Assembly: GCA_002269645.1 (NCBI GenBank)
Contig: NIVC01001537.1
Coordinates: forward strand, 1 to 64,000
Direction: 5' to 3'
Length of the DNA stretch: 64,000 nucleotides
From: Macrostomum lignano
Taxonomy: Eukaryota
The notes below the pieces were generated by a model. It made no database searches and was not told the origin of the DNA. It worked only from the letters and a program-made list of their open reading frames with translations. This document shows, piece after piece, positions 51,635-64,000 of the stretch (within the stretch, counting starts at the first letter, position 1; each line of letters starts with the position of its first letter). A program made the translations under genes and the position numbers.

Positions 51635-52011
51635 TATCTCCAGTCTACTCAGACACCAATAATACTCAGATGTTCAAACAAAGAACTGCTTGCTTCACTG
51701 GCTAGCAATCTCTACCAAATGTATTTGTAGAATTATTGCGACATTTTGTCTCTATCATGAATTTTGAATTTATATGAATTTTGTACCAGCTACGGATTAA
51801 AATCTGAAAAAGGATTTGATAGTTTACAAGTTTGACAAGCTAAAATATAGGCTGGGTAATCGAAGAAGCGGCAGAGTGTAAACTACTGGTATCATATGCA
51901 GCTTATAGTAATTACATCATTTGTATTGACTGGGTGTTGCGTTACAAGTACTAAATTTACTATACAATTACTGACTTTTATTCCTTTATTCCTGACCAAT
52001 TAGCAAGATAC

Positions 52012-52905
52012 TTCCACCCTGACCAATCAGAGAGAGCCATTAGACCTTCCACCCTGACCAATCGGAGAGAGAGCCCGTAGACCTTCCACCCTGACCAATT
52101 AGAGAGAGCCGTAGACCTTCCACCCTGACCAATCAGAGAGAGCCATTAGACCTTCCACCCTGACCAATCGGAGAGAGAGCCGTAGACCTTCCACCCTGAC
52201 CAATTAGAGAGAGCCGTAGACCTTCCACCCTGACCAATCAGAGAGAGCCGTAGACCTTCCACCCTGACCAATCAGAGAGAGCCGTAGAACTTCCTCCCTG
52301 ACCAATCAGAGAGAGAGCCGTAGAGCTTCCACCCTGACCAATCAGAGAGAGCCGTAGACCTTCCACCCTGACCAATCAGAGAGAGCCGTAGACCTTCCAC
52401 TCTGACCAATCAGAGAGAGCCGTAGACCTTCCTCCCTGACCAATCAGAGAGAGCCGTTAGACCTTCCACCCTGACCAATCAGAGAGAGCCGTTAGACCTT
52501 CCACCCTGACCAATCAGAGAGAGCCGTAGACCTTCCACCCTGACCAATCAGAGAGAGCCATTAGACCTTCCACCCTGACCAATCAGAGAGAGCCGTAGAC
52601 CTTCCACTCTGACCAATCAGAGAGAGCCGTAGACCTTCCTCCCTGACCAATCAGAGAGAGCCGTTAGACCTTCCACCCTGACCAATCAGAGAGAGCCGTA
52701 GACCTTCCACTCTGACCAATCAGAGAGAGCCGTAGACCTTCCTCCCTGACCAATCAGAGAGAGCCGTTAGACCTTCCTCCCTGACCAATCGGAGAGAGAG
52801 CCGTAGACCTTCCACCCTGACCAATTAGAGAGAGCCGTAGATCTTCCACCCTGACCAATCAGAGAGAGTCGTAGACCTTCCACCCTGACCAACCAGAAAG
52901 GTCGT
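52012..52905. repeat. 34-bp minisatellite, about 26 copies, each with a CCAAT box
   Basis: Unit ccttccaccctgaccaatcagagagagccgtaga (33-36 bp variants). Confidence 0.96.
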
Positions 52906-53156
52906 AGACCTTTCTCCTCATCAATCCCCACCAACTTATTCGGAGAGCCACATAATCCTGCTAATGATTAATAAAGGAGTTGTCAAGAGAAGCAAATTTT
53001 ATATACAAGCAAGCAGCCAGGCAAGCGTGTCCGATGAGCTCAAAAAAAGCTTTCTAAGAAACTATTTGGAAGGTGAGAAGCTTAAAAAATAGGTCAATTA
53101 TATCAAGCAAACAACATTTAGCATAATAGTGAATTTCTATTGCGGGGTCAAAGTGC

Positions 53157-55430
53157 TCAAACATCCGACACAGCGCAGCCGTGCAGCCGCTTGCTCCTGG
53201 CTGAGTCACACCTGACGCTGTCAACTGTAGCGTAGGCGTGATGCAGCTCGTACTGCTGCTGGCTGCTGCTGCAACTGTGGGCAGGATTGAACACGTGATA
53301 GTGCCGCTGCTGACGATGGCTGGCTGGCAGAGGCGGCGGCGGAGGCAACGGCGGCTGAGGCTGCTGCGGTGGCGGAGGCACCAGTGGCCGCGTTGGAGGA
53401 AGCGGCTGCGGCTGCGCGGTCTGCGGCAGCTGCTTGCGGCGCGTCCAGCGGCTGGTCAGTCGGCCCAGCCAGGCGCGCCAGGCGCTCAGCGACTGCCAGT
53501 TGGCCCACACCAGCAGCCCGGCCGGCAGTCCCGCGGTCAGCGACATGAAAATCTTCAGCATGTAGACGGCGGCCGAAGGCCGGGACGACAGGCGACACCC
53601 GGCGATGCTGTTGACTCCTTGGCGGCTGGCGCAGCCGGGCCGGGCCAGCACCGCTGCGAGGCTTTCAGTCCAGCGCGGCCGCTCGGCCAGCTCGTAGACG
53701 TTGGCGGCCAGCACGCAGGCGGCCGGCAGGGCGAACAGGAAGGCGAACAGGCTGAGGCGGGCCGCCCGCTGCTCCGGTGAGGCGCCTTCGGCTGATCCCG
53801 AGAGAGCAGCTCCTCCTCCGCCTGCGGATTTGTCAGCCTGCCGCTGGTCCTGCCGGCGCTCGTCGGCTGGAAAAGGCGAATCGGCGGCGGCCGCGGACAG
53901 CAGCGCCGAGCGCAGGGCGGAGGCCAGAAAGCCGAGGCCGAGCAGCAGTGCGGTGGCCATCGGCACCACCTGGAGGTTGGCGGCAGCGGTGGAGAATACG
54001 CTCAAACTGACCGGAATCGATAAATTTTCAGAAAATTTGAATAGAGGATCTACCGGATCTATCAATCATCCTTTTACTTCCCCACAACACAGCCAGAGAA
54101 TTAGCAAAGTTTCCCACCTGAAACATGAGCAGATCGGCTGGCCGGGAGCCGTCCACCACGCACAGGTGGGTGAGCTCGTCCCCTCGATCCGGTGCAGCAC
54201 CAGCAGAGTGACGCTCAGCAGCAGCGGGGCGCCCCAGGCCAGCAGGTGAAGCCAGACGGTCCTTTCAGCCAGCAGTCCATGGTGCCAGCGCCGAGCGGCG
54301 CTCAGGTGCCAGCACAGCGCCAGGGCCAGCCACCACAGCAGGCCGGACAGCCAGCTGAAGTACAGCAGCAGGAAGATGGCGGCGCACCACTGCCCGGCGT
54401 GCCGGCTGACCAGGGCCAGCTCGCCGCGGCTGCCGGACAGGGCAGCAGAGGAGCGGCTGCAGGCAAGCTCCGGCCCGAGCGCTGCGCGCAGCAGATGGGC
54501 GCCGGCGTGGACCAGGTGGCAGGCGGCCACCCAGACCACCGGCCGCTCCGGATAGCGGAACCGGCCGGGCTCCAGGGCGAAGGTGGCCAAAGCCAGGATG
54601 GCGCAGGCGGCGGCGGCCACAGACCAGGCGAGCATCCAGGCGTCGGCGAAGTCGCGATCCTCCTTGGCGAACAGGTAACTGGACAGGCATCGTTTGGCGC
54701 ACCAGCCGCCGACTCCGCCGACTGGAAGCTCAGCGGCGGAGCACTTCGGAGCATCTGAGGACCAATCAGCGTCGGGCACAGCCGAACCGGGGGCTGTGGA
54801 AGTGGCGGCAGAGTCCACCGTTCCGGAGCCGTTTCCCGAGCCGGCGCTGGCTCCGACAATCTGCGGCGAGTGCGGCGGCGGCAGCGGGAGATGCGGCGGT
54901 GGCGGCTGTTTCTTCATCATCTGGGCGTTGAACTCCTCCTCGATGGGTCTCAGGCAGAGATTCTTTTTACTGCCGTTGTCCTCCAGCTCTAGCTGATCGC
55001 AGTTCAGGTGACTGGGCCACTCGATGCCGTACCGCCTCAGCTGGGCCTCGCAGAGTCCCTTCACTGAGGAGCAGAACTCTCGGCACGGCCGGACCAGCAG
55101 GCTCTGGTCGCTGTTGCACAGAGGCAGGTGCACCGAGCAGGCCAACAGGCGAAGGTAGGGCGCGCAATTCGTATTGACAAGCTCTTGCAGATTGCCAAGT
55201 AGGAAAGCGACTCGATCCTGAGCGATGAAGCTGGCCGTGGTGTTGTAGCGGATTTTAGAGCAGACGGGCACCCTGATCGGCACGGGCGCGCAGAACTGGT
55301 CGGCCCTGGACGACATCGAGGCAGCTTCGTCTCCGGTTAGGGAAACGACAGCGGAAGTTGACAGAGCGGCTGATTTGAGCAGCGCAGTGAAAAACAGCAG
55401 GAGCGTCAAGTTGCCGACGTGCGAATTCAT
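53157..55430 (-). CDS. fzd: Frizzled receptor (Frizzled-4-like), 2 exons, with a 1-nt frameshift at about 54180
   Basis: Signal peptide; CRD with CSVHLPLC, PCREFC, WPSHLNC; RFRYPERP; 7 TM segments. Exon 1 55430-54118, GT-AG intron 54117-53970, exon 2 53969-53157. KTxxxW position reads QSLSAW; C-terminal SDV. Adding one base at 54180-54183 restores IEG-DELTHLC. Confidence 0.88.
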
Positions 55431-56195
55431 TGCTGTTTCAAGGTTTGAAAGAATTCTTCTACTGGACTCAACGGGAACAGTCCTTGCTTTGCGGCTTTGT
55501 AGCTTTTATGCTTCAGCTGGTTGGCTGGCGGGCCAATGAAAGCGGAGATGCTCGAATTGGCTCGGTGGCTTGTTTCTTTTCTAATGCTTATTTTCCGAGA
55601 CGATGCGCGCCCCACTGGTTTGAAAAGTTGTCCAGCCACCAGCACCGAAGCCGCACAAACACAACACAGCCATTTGCTTCTGCTTTGGCCTTCCGGCCTT
55701 GGGCGGAAGGGGTCGGGCACGGCTGGCTAGGAAGAAAGAAAGAAGCCTTCGTTTCCAAACGAATAAAAAATTCCATTCAAGTGGCGCTTAGAAAGGCACC
55801 GGGAGCGGGTCATCAGTCACTGTCCGACAGGGGGGTGCAGGCAGCGGGGGGCCGCCTTATCTTCTTTCTACTGCATAAGAGAGGGAGTCCCGGGCTTGGT
55901 CACCAGACCAGACTGGTGTCGGGGAAGAAGGGGATAACTGATTTGAGGTAGGGTGGGGGCGGAACTTCTCTAGGGATTGGGTAGGTGGGGATTTTGAATA
56001 ATTACCTTCCACAGCCCGAACAGAAAACGGCTTGGCGTAGGGGAAGCCGAGAGGGAGGAATGAATTCAGGGGATCGGCCCGGCTCCCGACTCAATATGAT
56101 CTCATTTATCTGCGGCACCTCGGCTTACCGCTTAACCTGAAATTAACGGCATTGATGGCTCATTCAGTCACTGCCGGACTGCAGCATTTTTAATC

Positions 56196-56545
<350 letters not shown>

Positions 56546-57149
56546 TGTATGTCCTAGTATCTTTCTGTATGTCCTAGTATCTTTCTGTATGTCCTAGTAT
56601 CTTTCTGCATGCCTAGTCTCATCTGTGTCGCTTTCAAGTAGCCGGCCCAAAAAGTGAAAGCAGCTTATTTTTTACAAAATAAAGCATGTCTCTCGCCAGT
56701 GAAGTATTTCAGAGTTTACTAGACACCGCACCGGCTGGTCTTTGAGAATAGAGTGGAAAGTTTCAGGCAGTGCGGCTGGTCTGACAGAGTGAGAGGGGAG
56801 ACTGGAGAGCGCCATGGACCCCCCCCCCCCCAGAAGGCGGGCAGAAGATAGATAGACCTTAGTTTGGGCGCAACCGAAGGTATTTTTTGCGGTTTCAAGG
56901 TCTGTTATTACGCGGACCCCGGGATTATAAGCAACTGGACTGGAATGCTAAAAATAACCCATACCACAAGGGGGCATTAGTTTCCTACACAGCTTTTCTG
57001 CAGAGGGGCATGAATTGCTAACACAAATCACATAAATAGATAAATAGATACGTGCACAACTGAAAAAAACACTTTGCAACAGTGGAAAAAGCAAAAGCAT
57101 TTCTGACAAGCCACTTAATCTGAAACCGAGGCGAATCCGCAGTTAATTA

Positions 57150-58064
57150 TTAGTAGGAATCGGCAGACTGACTGGAGAGCTTCGCAATCTTCCGCTTCCT
57201 TCCGCGCTCCGAATCGCCAGAAACTTCCTTAGCCAGGTTCTTCATCATGCAGTTGAAGAACGCTTTAGACAATCCTGTCTTCACATCATGTCCATGGGTG
57301 CATGTTGTGAGGTGGGTGAATGATTCTAGAAAAAGTGCGTCGTCGGTCATTTCGTCCACGAGTCCACAAAATACCAGCTGCTGCTGCTGAGCGCACATGA
57401 ACTCCTTCTTCAATGTCTCCTTTCGCCGAATCTCTTCGAAAATTTTCCAGCAATGAGTGCCCAAAGCAAAAGCAAACTCAGTTGGCTGGCAGAGACCACC
57501 TCGGTTGATCTGGTCAATGAAGGAGGAGGCCTGTGCTGGAACCCAGTCAACATCCAACTGCGCGGCAGCATCTTCCTCTAACAGCAGTTCTCTGCACGAA
57601 TCACACCTTCGGTTTTTCACCAGAGTTCGGGCAACAGCGGCAATGACGTAATAAATTACCGTCTGATCAGCAGGAGCTGGCTCGCAATCCATGTCTAGCT
57701 TTACGGCCAAGTTGTTGACACACTCCTGAACAGAGCTGCTGCTGTCGTCAGGCTTATCGATTGCAGCGTCAATCTCCTTAAGTGAGAATTCAGAATATTT
57801 CAGCAGACTTACAGCGGCGATCTTCCTGCTGTTCTCCTTGACCTGACGAGCGGAAATGTAAAAATTGGCTCCTGACATCTGACGCAGCCATCCAAATCGA
57901 CTTTCGATGCAGTCAGACTGCAGTGCTCCAAGGAGAACAAATGAAAATCCTTCATGATCCAGAAGATGAGCTGCGCAGGCGGCCAGAGCACGACAAGTCA
58001 CTCGACAAGCAAGGAACGTTTCTTTAGACAAGCCAGGATACCCAGACTTCTCCCAGCTCTGCAA
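57150..58064 (-). pseudogene. C-terminal part of a P-element/THAP9 transposase
   Basis: GLSKETF...FVLLGALQSDCIESRFGWLRQMSGANFYIS (catalytic E region), YYVIAAVAR..CDSC, NRGGLCQP; the upstream D...D core is absent. Confidence 0.88.
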
Positions 58065-58542
58065 TATGAAACATGGAGCTATAAATATTATTGAGTACTG
58101 CGGCCTTCAAGTCAACATAAAAAATGCAATGAAAAGCCTGAGTTCCCGCACTGAGTTCTGAGGCACTGAGTTCCCGCTCCAGACGTTCAGAAGAAGTCGC
58201 CGCTGTTGATCTCTGCGGCTTTTTTTCAGAGGACAGGTAGGATGGAGCGTTGGGAAAGATGGACGGCACAGCCCCTTGTTTCAAAAGGCGTCTTAGTAGT
58301 TGCTCCTTGCTCTTCTTACGTGCGACGTTTGTATCCATGGAACTTTCAACGAAGTCGTCCGGATGAAAATGTCTGGAGCAAATCCTTGAGTTTTTTGTTG
58401 GCTCAAACTCCTGCCTTGGGTTGGCTCGCTTCCACTTTTCCAGAAGGGCGGGGTCCTTCCATGGAAAACTATGGAAGCTGACTCCTGCGACAGTTCCATT
58501 TGCTCGATTTGAGCATCCGTACGCTGAGCAAGCCTTCACCAT
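58024..58542 (-). CDS. THAP zinc-finger protein (N-terminus of the deleted transposase)
   Basis: MVKACSAYGC...FHSFP...W...P....ICSRHF...AVPSIF: a complete THAP signature in an open 172-aa frame. Confidence 0.9.
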   Translation of the reverse strand: MVKACSAYGCSNRANGTVAGVSFHSFPWKDPALLEKWKRANPRQEFEPTKNSRICSRHFHPDDFVESSMDTNVARKKSKEQLLRRLLKQGAVPSIFPNAPSYLSSEKKPQRSTAATSSERLERELSASELSAGTQAFHCIFYVDLKAAVLNNIYSSMFHIAELGEVWVSWLV

Positions 58543-59764
58543 TAGTGGTCTTTACTCTCAGAGTCTCAGACAATTATAAGTGCTAGTTAGCAAAAACAAG
58601 GAGAGATCGTTTTTAGGACATGCTGTACAGTGCAGCGATTCTTGTAGTCCACTATAGGCCACAACCCCGGCCGAAATACGAACAGGGACGAATTGGAATG
58701 TACATTGTAGAGAGAGCTTTTTAGTGTACAACGAAAGCTTTCTTTCCCTCGTGGAACAAACACCCCAAGCCCCCAACTGGGGGACAGAAGGGAGAAGCAG
58801 TGCCCCCCTGTGGTATAGGGTGGAAAATAAAATTATCTCTCCTTCCAGTCCAGTTGCTTATAATCCCGGGGTCCGCGGTTATTAACAACAGCAGCTGCTG
58901 GTTCACACTGGTGTGGGGGGGGGGCTGCAGTAGAACTGAGGGGCCGCCGGTCCAGCCCAACTGATTGATTGCAGTTGAAATCAGCGGTGACAAGCCAGCG
59001 GTCCCGCCCAGGAGCTATTGCTAACGCCATAATATATAGCCAATACGAATATATTGCTTATAAGCATTTCAACCTAATTGTCTGCGCGCGGGTGCTAGGA
59101 AATACTAACCAGTGCGATTAAAAACATAACTAGTGCAAAGTGTCCCCAACTATAGTGCAATTGTGCTGCGTTTTTGCGCTGTGTGTTTCTGACACTTTGG
59201 AACCTGACTAGACTTACTGCCTGAACTTCGGTTGTTGGGCCGGGCCAGAAAGTGATGGAGCGGTGAGCGGATAAACTGCGACAAGCGTCTCCTTCGCTTT
59301 GAAGCCGCCGCTGCTAAAAATGCAGTACCTTCCGTAACTCTTTCATCCTATTCGAATGCTGAACTCGGTTGCCAAGGCGAGAAATAACACACACCAGTAG
59401 CTAGCCAGGTTTCTAGATCACGAAGACAGGCTAAACCCCCAATCCATTGTTCAATTCGCTGCCCTCATCATTCATTTTTTGTGAGTTTTTCATCGCCAAG
59501 CCCGGGCATGTGTTGGCCGGATCGGTGGGACTCGGCCTGCATAGCAACTGTGCTGGTTGTTGCGCCATCCATGCATCTGTCAGTGGAATAAGCTGTTCTA
59601 TTTCATTAACCGAGAAGAGTAATTATTATTATTAGGAGCTTCTAGAGATACGCTTTACTGGAATTCTTCGCAAACTTACTGGCTACCCATCAAGCTACTG
59701 TGTTACGTTTGTATTGAGTTTCTGACTTGAGCTTTTGGTATTTGGCACTGTCGGCATTCCATCT

Positions 59765-60445
59765 TGGCGCCCTGGGAATTCCTTGGCGCCATGGCTATTT
59801 CTTGGCACCATGGGTGTTTCTTGGCGCCATGGCTATTTCTTGGCACCATGGGTGTTTCTTGGCGCCATGGCTATTTCTTGGCGCCATGGGTGTTTCTTGG
59901 CGCCATGGGTGTTTCTTGGCGCCATGGGTGTTTCTTGGCGCCATGGGTGTTTCTTGGCGCCATGGGTGTTTCTTGGCGCCATGGGTGTTTCTTGGCGCCA
60001 TGGGTGTTTCTTGGCGCCATGGGTGTTTCTTGGCGCCATGGGTGTTTCTTGGCGCCATGGGTGTTTCTTGGCGCCATGGGTGTTTCTTGGCACCATGGCT
60101 ATTTCTTGGCACCATGGGTGTTTCTTGGCGCCATGGCTATTTCGTGGCACCATGGGTGTTTCTTGGCGCCATGGCTATTTCTTGGCGCCATGGGTGTTTC
60201 TTGGCGCCATGGGTGTTTCTTGGCACCATGGGTGTTTCTTGACACCATGGCTATTTCTTGGCGCCATGGGTGTTGCTTGGCGCCATGGGTATTTCTTGAC
60301 ACCATGGCTATTTCTTGAAGCCATGGATATTTTTGGCGCCATGGGTGTTTCTTGGCGCCATGGGTGTTTCTTGGCGCCATGGGTGTTTCTTGGCGCCATG
60401 GGTGTTTCTTGGCGCCATGGGTGTTTCTTGGCACCATGGGTGTTA
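59765..60445. repeat. 19-bp minisatellite, about 35 copies
   Basis: Unit ggcgccatgggtgtttctt with a ggctatttctt variant. Confidence 0.97.
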
Positions 60446-61586
60446 CTTGGCTTCACTGTGTGTTTCATGGTGTTCCATAGCACAGCTGTACTAAGGTCCA
60501 GGTGTTCGCTGGCGCTTTAAATTACTCTTACAACTTGCACAAATTCTACGCCACCTACCTGAAAGTTCATAAATAATACAAACTTTTTTCATGCTTTTTA
60601 CAGTCTTTCAACATGAAAATATAATTCTATAAATTAGAATTATAAAATATAATTCACCAAGAAAATATTTTTTTCTTTCAACAAGTTCGGGTAACGTAGT
60701 TTTAGTTTGTATTGTAGCTAGAACAGGCAGTGGAACTGCATTTAGTCCTATAATCTCCTATAGGTCTGAATTTATTCTTGACTTCAACTCCAAAATGGCT
60801 GACAGTTTGGTATAAATCATCTGTCCAGCTGTCCAGTCACATTGTTCTTTGGGTAGTCAGCTGCTTTGGTGACTCAGCTGACTGAGACAAGTACTGATAC
60901 GAACCTTACGGGTAGAAAGTCTGGTTTTACCATAGACACAGAGAAACTGCTGTTTGCTGGCGACGCTGCAAACTGACAATTGCTGTGATTTATGAGCATA
61001 GTTTACATAGTTTTAACAGTAGGGATACAGATCAAGCCATTTTTCCGCCCATGGGGAACCCGGCCCTGACAATTTTTTTGCTGCGCAACGCAGACACACG
61101 AAATTCAAGAACATGATGGGCTAACTTTTTGTTGCGCACCTTCTCAAACAAGAGTCAAGTCGCCAACCCTCCGGACCGTCGAGATATTCGACGATTCTGC
61201 CAGAAGGTCGGATTTTTCCCATAAGCGCTAGTGTATTCAGTACACCCCTGTGCGCCTAATTACATGCATGTGACACCCAAGGTAATCAGTCCAAAACCTT
61301 TAGATAAAAAGTTAAGACAATACTGGCCGATACTCATGGCCCTTACCGACCTTGAAAAGACACACAGTCTTTTTGGGTGCATTGAAAAAAAGTTGGACTC
61401 ATTTTCATCAGCAAACTCCTTTGAAGAGAGCGAGTTCTACTCTGGTGCCTGTCTCTGCTTGCCTCTTTTGCATTATCCGACAACTCCCAAGCCACCCGCC
61501 CAGCAACTGCAGTCTCCAAGCTCGCTTTCCATGCAATTCGAAAATGAGATGAGAAAGTTTTGGGGAGACAGAAAGGCGCAGAGTTG

Positions 61587-61630
<44 letters not shown>

Positions 61631-62342
61631 GAAGGATAAATGGGGAATCAATCTAGAAAATTATTGGGCCGCAGTTTTTCCTGTTGCTGCCCACGCTTTC
61701 CTAGGCAGCGGCGAGGCAAATCTGATTCCGCTCGGTATAAAGGGCAATTCGCGACTCCCCGCCAGACTCTGTCCGCCTCATCTCTTTCCATTTTGTGGAT
61801 GCCCGGCTAACTGTACCAAAAACGGAACCATTCGACCGAGTTGGAGAAAATCTGATGGTCCCTTCTTAGTTCGTCGAATTGAGATTAACTCGCCTCAGCA
61901 GGATTGGATAGATCGTCCGTGTGTGATAGCTGGACTAAATGAATGAAGTTATGCACTTCTATAGCTCCCATACGAGTGGAATACCCCTTGCAGTGCTGAG
62001 TGTTAGGCAGGCGATAGGAAAGCAAAAAATCACAAGGGCAACAGTCTCAATAATTATTGTTTTCTGCCTATCTGCACTATCCATCGCAGTGACCATGAAC
62101 ACCTCCCAGTAAAACTAAGATGTACACAAAGGAGTTGAACCCGTACAGCAATTCGACGTCGTCGATGTCAATCAGATACTGTGTACTTTTTACATTACAT
62201 AGATGGATAACGATGTCGTATTGTGTTTCTTATTCTGTCAATTACATTTTCGAAGTGAATACTTGTTAATGATTTGTTGCATTGGTCTTTATTGGGTAGG
62301 GGTAGGGAATTTCGAATTCCTTGAAGAATGAAGTGCACTATG

Positions 62343-62602
62343 GGGCCTTTTCATATTGCTTGCTCTGGTTCCAGAACCAGAACCAATTTGTGAAGTATAA
62401 CTTTTTGTCTCCATAACTAGAGGGAGATACGTGCTATAAAGTTTTTATTATTGAATGACAATCGCCAATAAGAAAGTGAAAAATTGTGCTAAGTTAGGTT
62501 GTTAAGGCAGTCAAATATTAACAGAGTTTAATAGTTATACTGCTGTTTTTCTTGGAATTCCGAACCGATTCTGGTTCTGGAATTGGTAATATGAAAAGGC
62601 CC
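62343..62602. mobile_element. PIF/Harbinger-like MITE (260 bp)
   Basis: TIR gggccttttcatatt / aatatgaaaaggccc plus sub-terminal ttccagaaccagaa inverted repeats; 3-bp duplication atg at 62340-62342 and 62603-62605. Confidence 0.72.
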
Positions 62603-64000
62603 ATGGATGTATGCCTGATGTGCTTTTATGCGGTCTAAGAATTTTTTACTCAAAAAATTCTTCATTAGTAGTAATGTCACTCCTCACCACTGAATTATCT
62701 ATAAGTAGTCGAGTTCTCTTGGAAATAAAAGTTACCAGAGTTTGTTATAAATTGTATCCATGAACTTGCAGAAATTTAAAGTGCTGCCATGCCGCGGTTT
62801 CTAAAAAAGAAATCTGAATATTGATCAATGACTAGATAGATACTGTTTTGATCATGTTGCCCTGTCGCTATCGAAGACTATTAAAGTGTAGAGAAGTTTT
62901 ATGAAGTCCGATGTTAACAACAAACGCATTCATAGTTTTATTTACTGTTTCCTGTGTGTATGGTTTGGTTTCTAGAATCGCTTTTTTATTTGCTACTGCT
63001 GCTAAGTGCTAAGTGCTAGCTACAGTTTCGGTCGGTCCTACTGCAGAAATGCAGTTATGTTACTTTACCTAACTGTTAATAGGCCTATTCAACCTGCTTC
63101 AATTTTTGGTTTTCCCTATTTTTACATGAATTTGTACTATATGTAGCCATGTATATGTCCTGAAAGGAAACCAGACAAGACAATCCATCGAAAAGTTGAT
63201 TTGTTGAAAGACTATTTGTAAAAAAGAAAGACATTTTATTGATTTCAGTATGGAAAATCTGCCAAAAAGAGATTTTTAAAACTATTATTGAATAAATGAT
63301 GAATAGAAGAGGGGTTGTATAGTTCATAAATGACAATGAATACTTGATATACTAAGCAGACTAGGCTAATTGGCAATTTTACTAGGGGCCTCCATACTAG
63401 CTAGAGGCTGCAGTGAAGGTTAGAGGCACAAGAACTAGTCCAAGTACCAAGGCTAGGGCCTAGGTTGTTCTTAGTATAGCACATTTAATAGACCTATGGC
63501 ATTTTATGTCAATAATACCTTTGTTTAAATTTTAGTCGTTTGTCTAAAATTTCCCTTTTTATAGAAAGGCCTAGGCCTATCTACAGAAATTTTACCACAT
63601 TAGTCCTATTGAGTGGCAGTTTTGTAATAAAAAAGCATTCATATTGTTAACATTTGTTTATTTACTTTTTGCAACTATATTCTTGTTTAAAATATATTTT
63701 GGATTTAAGCATACCTACAAAATTTAACAAAAAATTTAATTTATATGGCATAATTTTTTTTGATAAAATGTCTTATCATACATAGAATCATTTTTAAAAA
63801 TTGTCTTGTAGGTGATTAGTTAATTTAGTAAGTAGCATCATATTAACATGTTTAAATTATATTTATTAAAACTATTTAACTTGGCTTAAATAAAAAGTTT
63901 ATGAATTGATCTTATTTTAATACTATGATATAACTTAAGGCCTAGTGGATATCATGCACAATAGGCTAGAACAAAGAATAACTGATCAAAAACTTATGCC

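Larger units (their letters stand above)
56896..58885 (-). mobile_element. Second THAP/P-type transposon, about 2 kb, internally deleted
   Basis: Perfect 35-bp inverted repeat at 56911-56945 and 58843-58877 within about 80-bp imperfect arms. The left arm starts with CAAGG at 56896. Encloses THAP and C-terminal transposase ORFs. Confidence 0.85.

Noticed and set aside
53221-55167. Overlapping alternative-frame and antisense ORFs within frizzled
   Set aside because: Expected shadow ORFs of a GC-rich coding region.
59727-60520. Hydrophobic repeat ORFs resembling membrane proteins
   Set aside because: Translation of the 19-bp satellite; open in several frames on both strands.

Overview
This is eukaryotic (invertebrate animal) genomic DNA, with spliceosomal GT-AG introns and heavy transposon and satellite content. 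The style suggests a flatworm such as Macrostomum, but the species cannot be confirmed from sequence alone. Host genes are a small CLCA-like cluster (metalloprotease-fold domain + vWA) and a Frizzled-4-like gene carrying a 1-nt frameshift. The cluster has one apparently intact 9-exon gene of about 993 aa, one 5'-truncated tandem copy and one inverted fragment; the two copies that retain that region have lost the HExxH zinc motif. There is also a decayed intronless TBP-like gene. The rest is nested mobile DNA: a THAP9/P-type transposon (27223-36034) containing a Mag-clade Gypsy element and a mariner, CAAGG-ended MITEs probably mobilised by that transposase family (one in a triple nest), a second internally deleted THAP/P element, a Helitron remnant, a DIRS/Ngaro-type tyrosine recombinase, several LINE fragments (one 5'-inverted), a tRNA-derived SINE, and a Polinton/adintovirus-like remnant whose integrase is split by a 2.4-kb insertion. 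Six minisatellites (37, 23, 30, 42, 34 and 19 bp units) and several microsatellites account for most of the long low-complexity ORFs. All assignments come from motif recognition by eye; no database searches were run.
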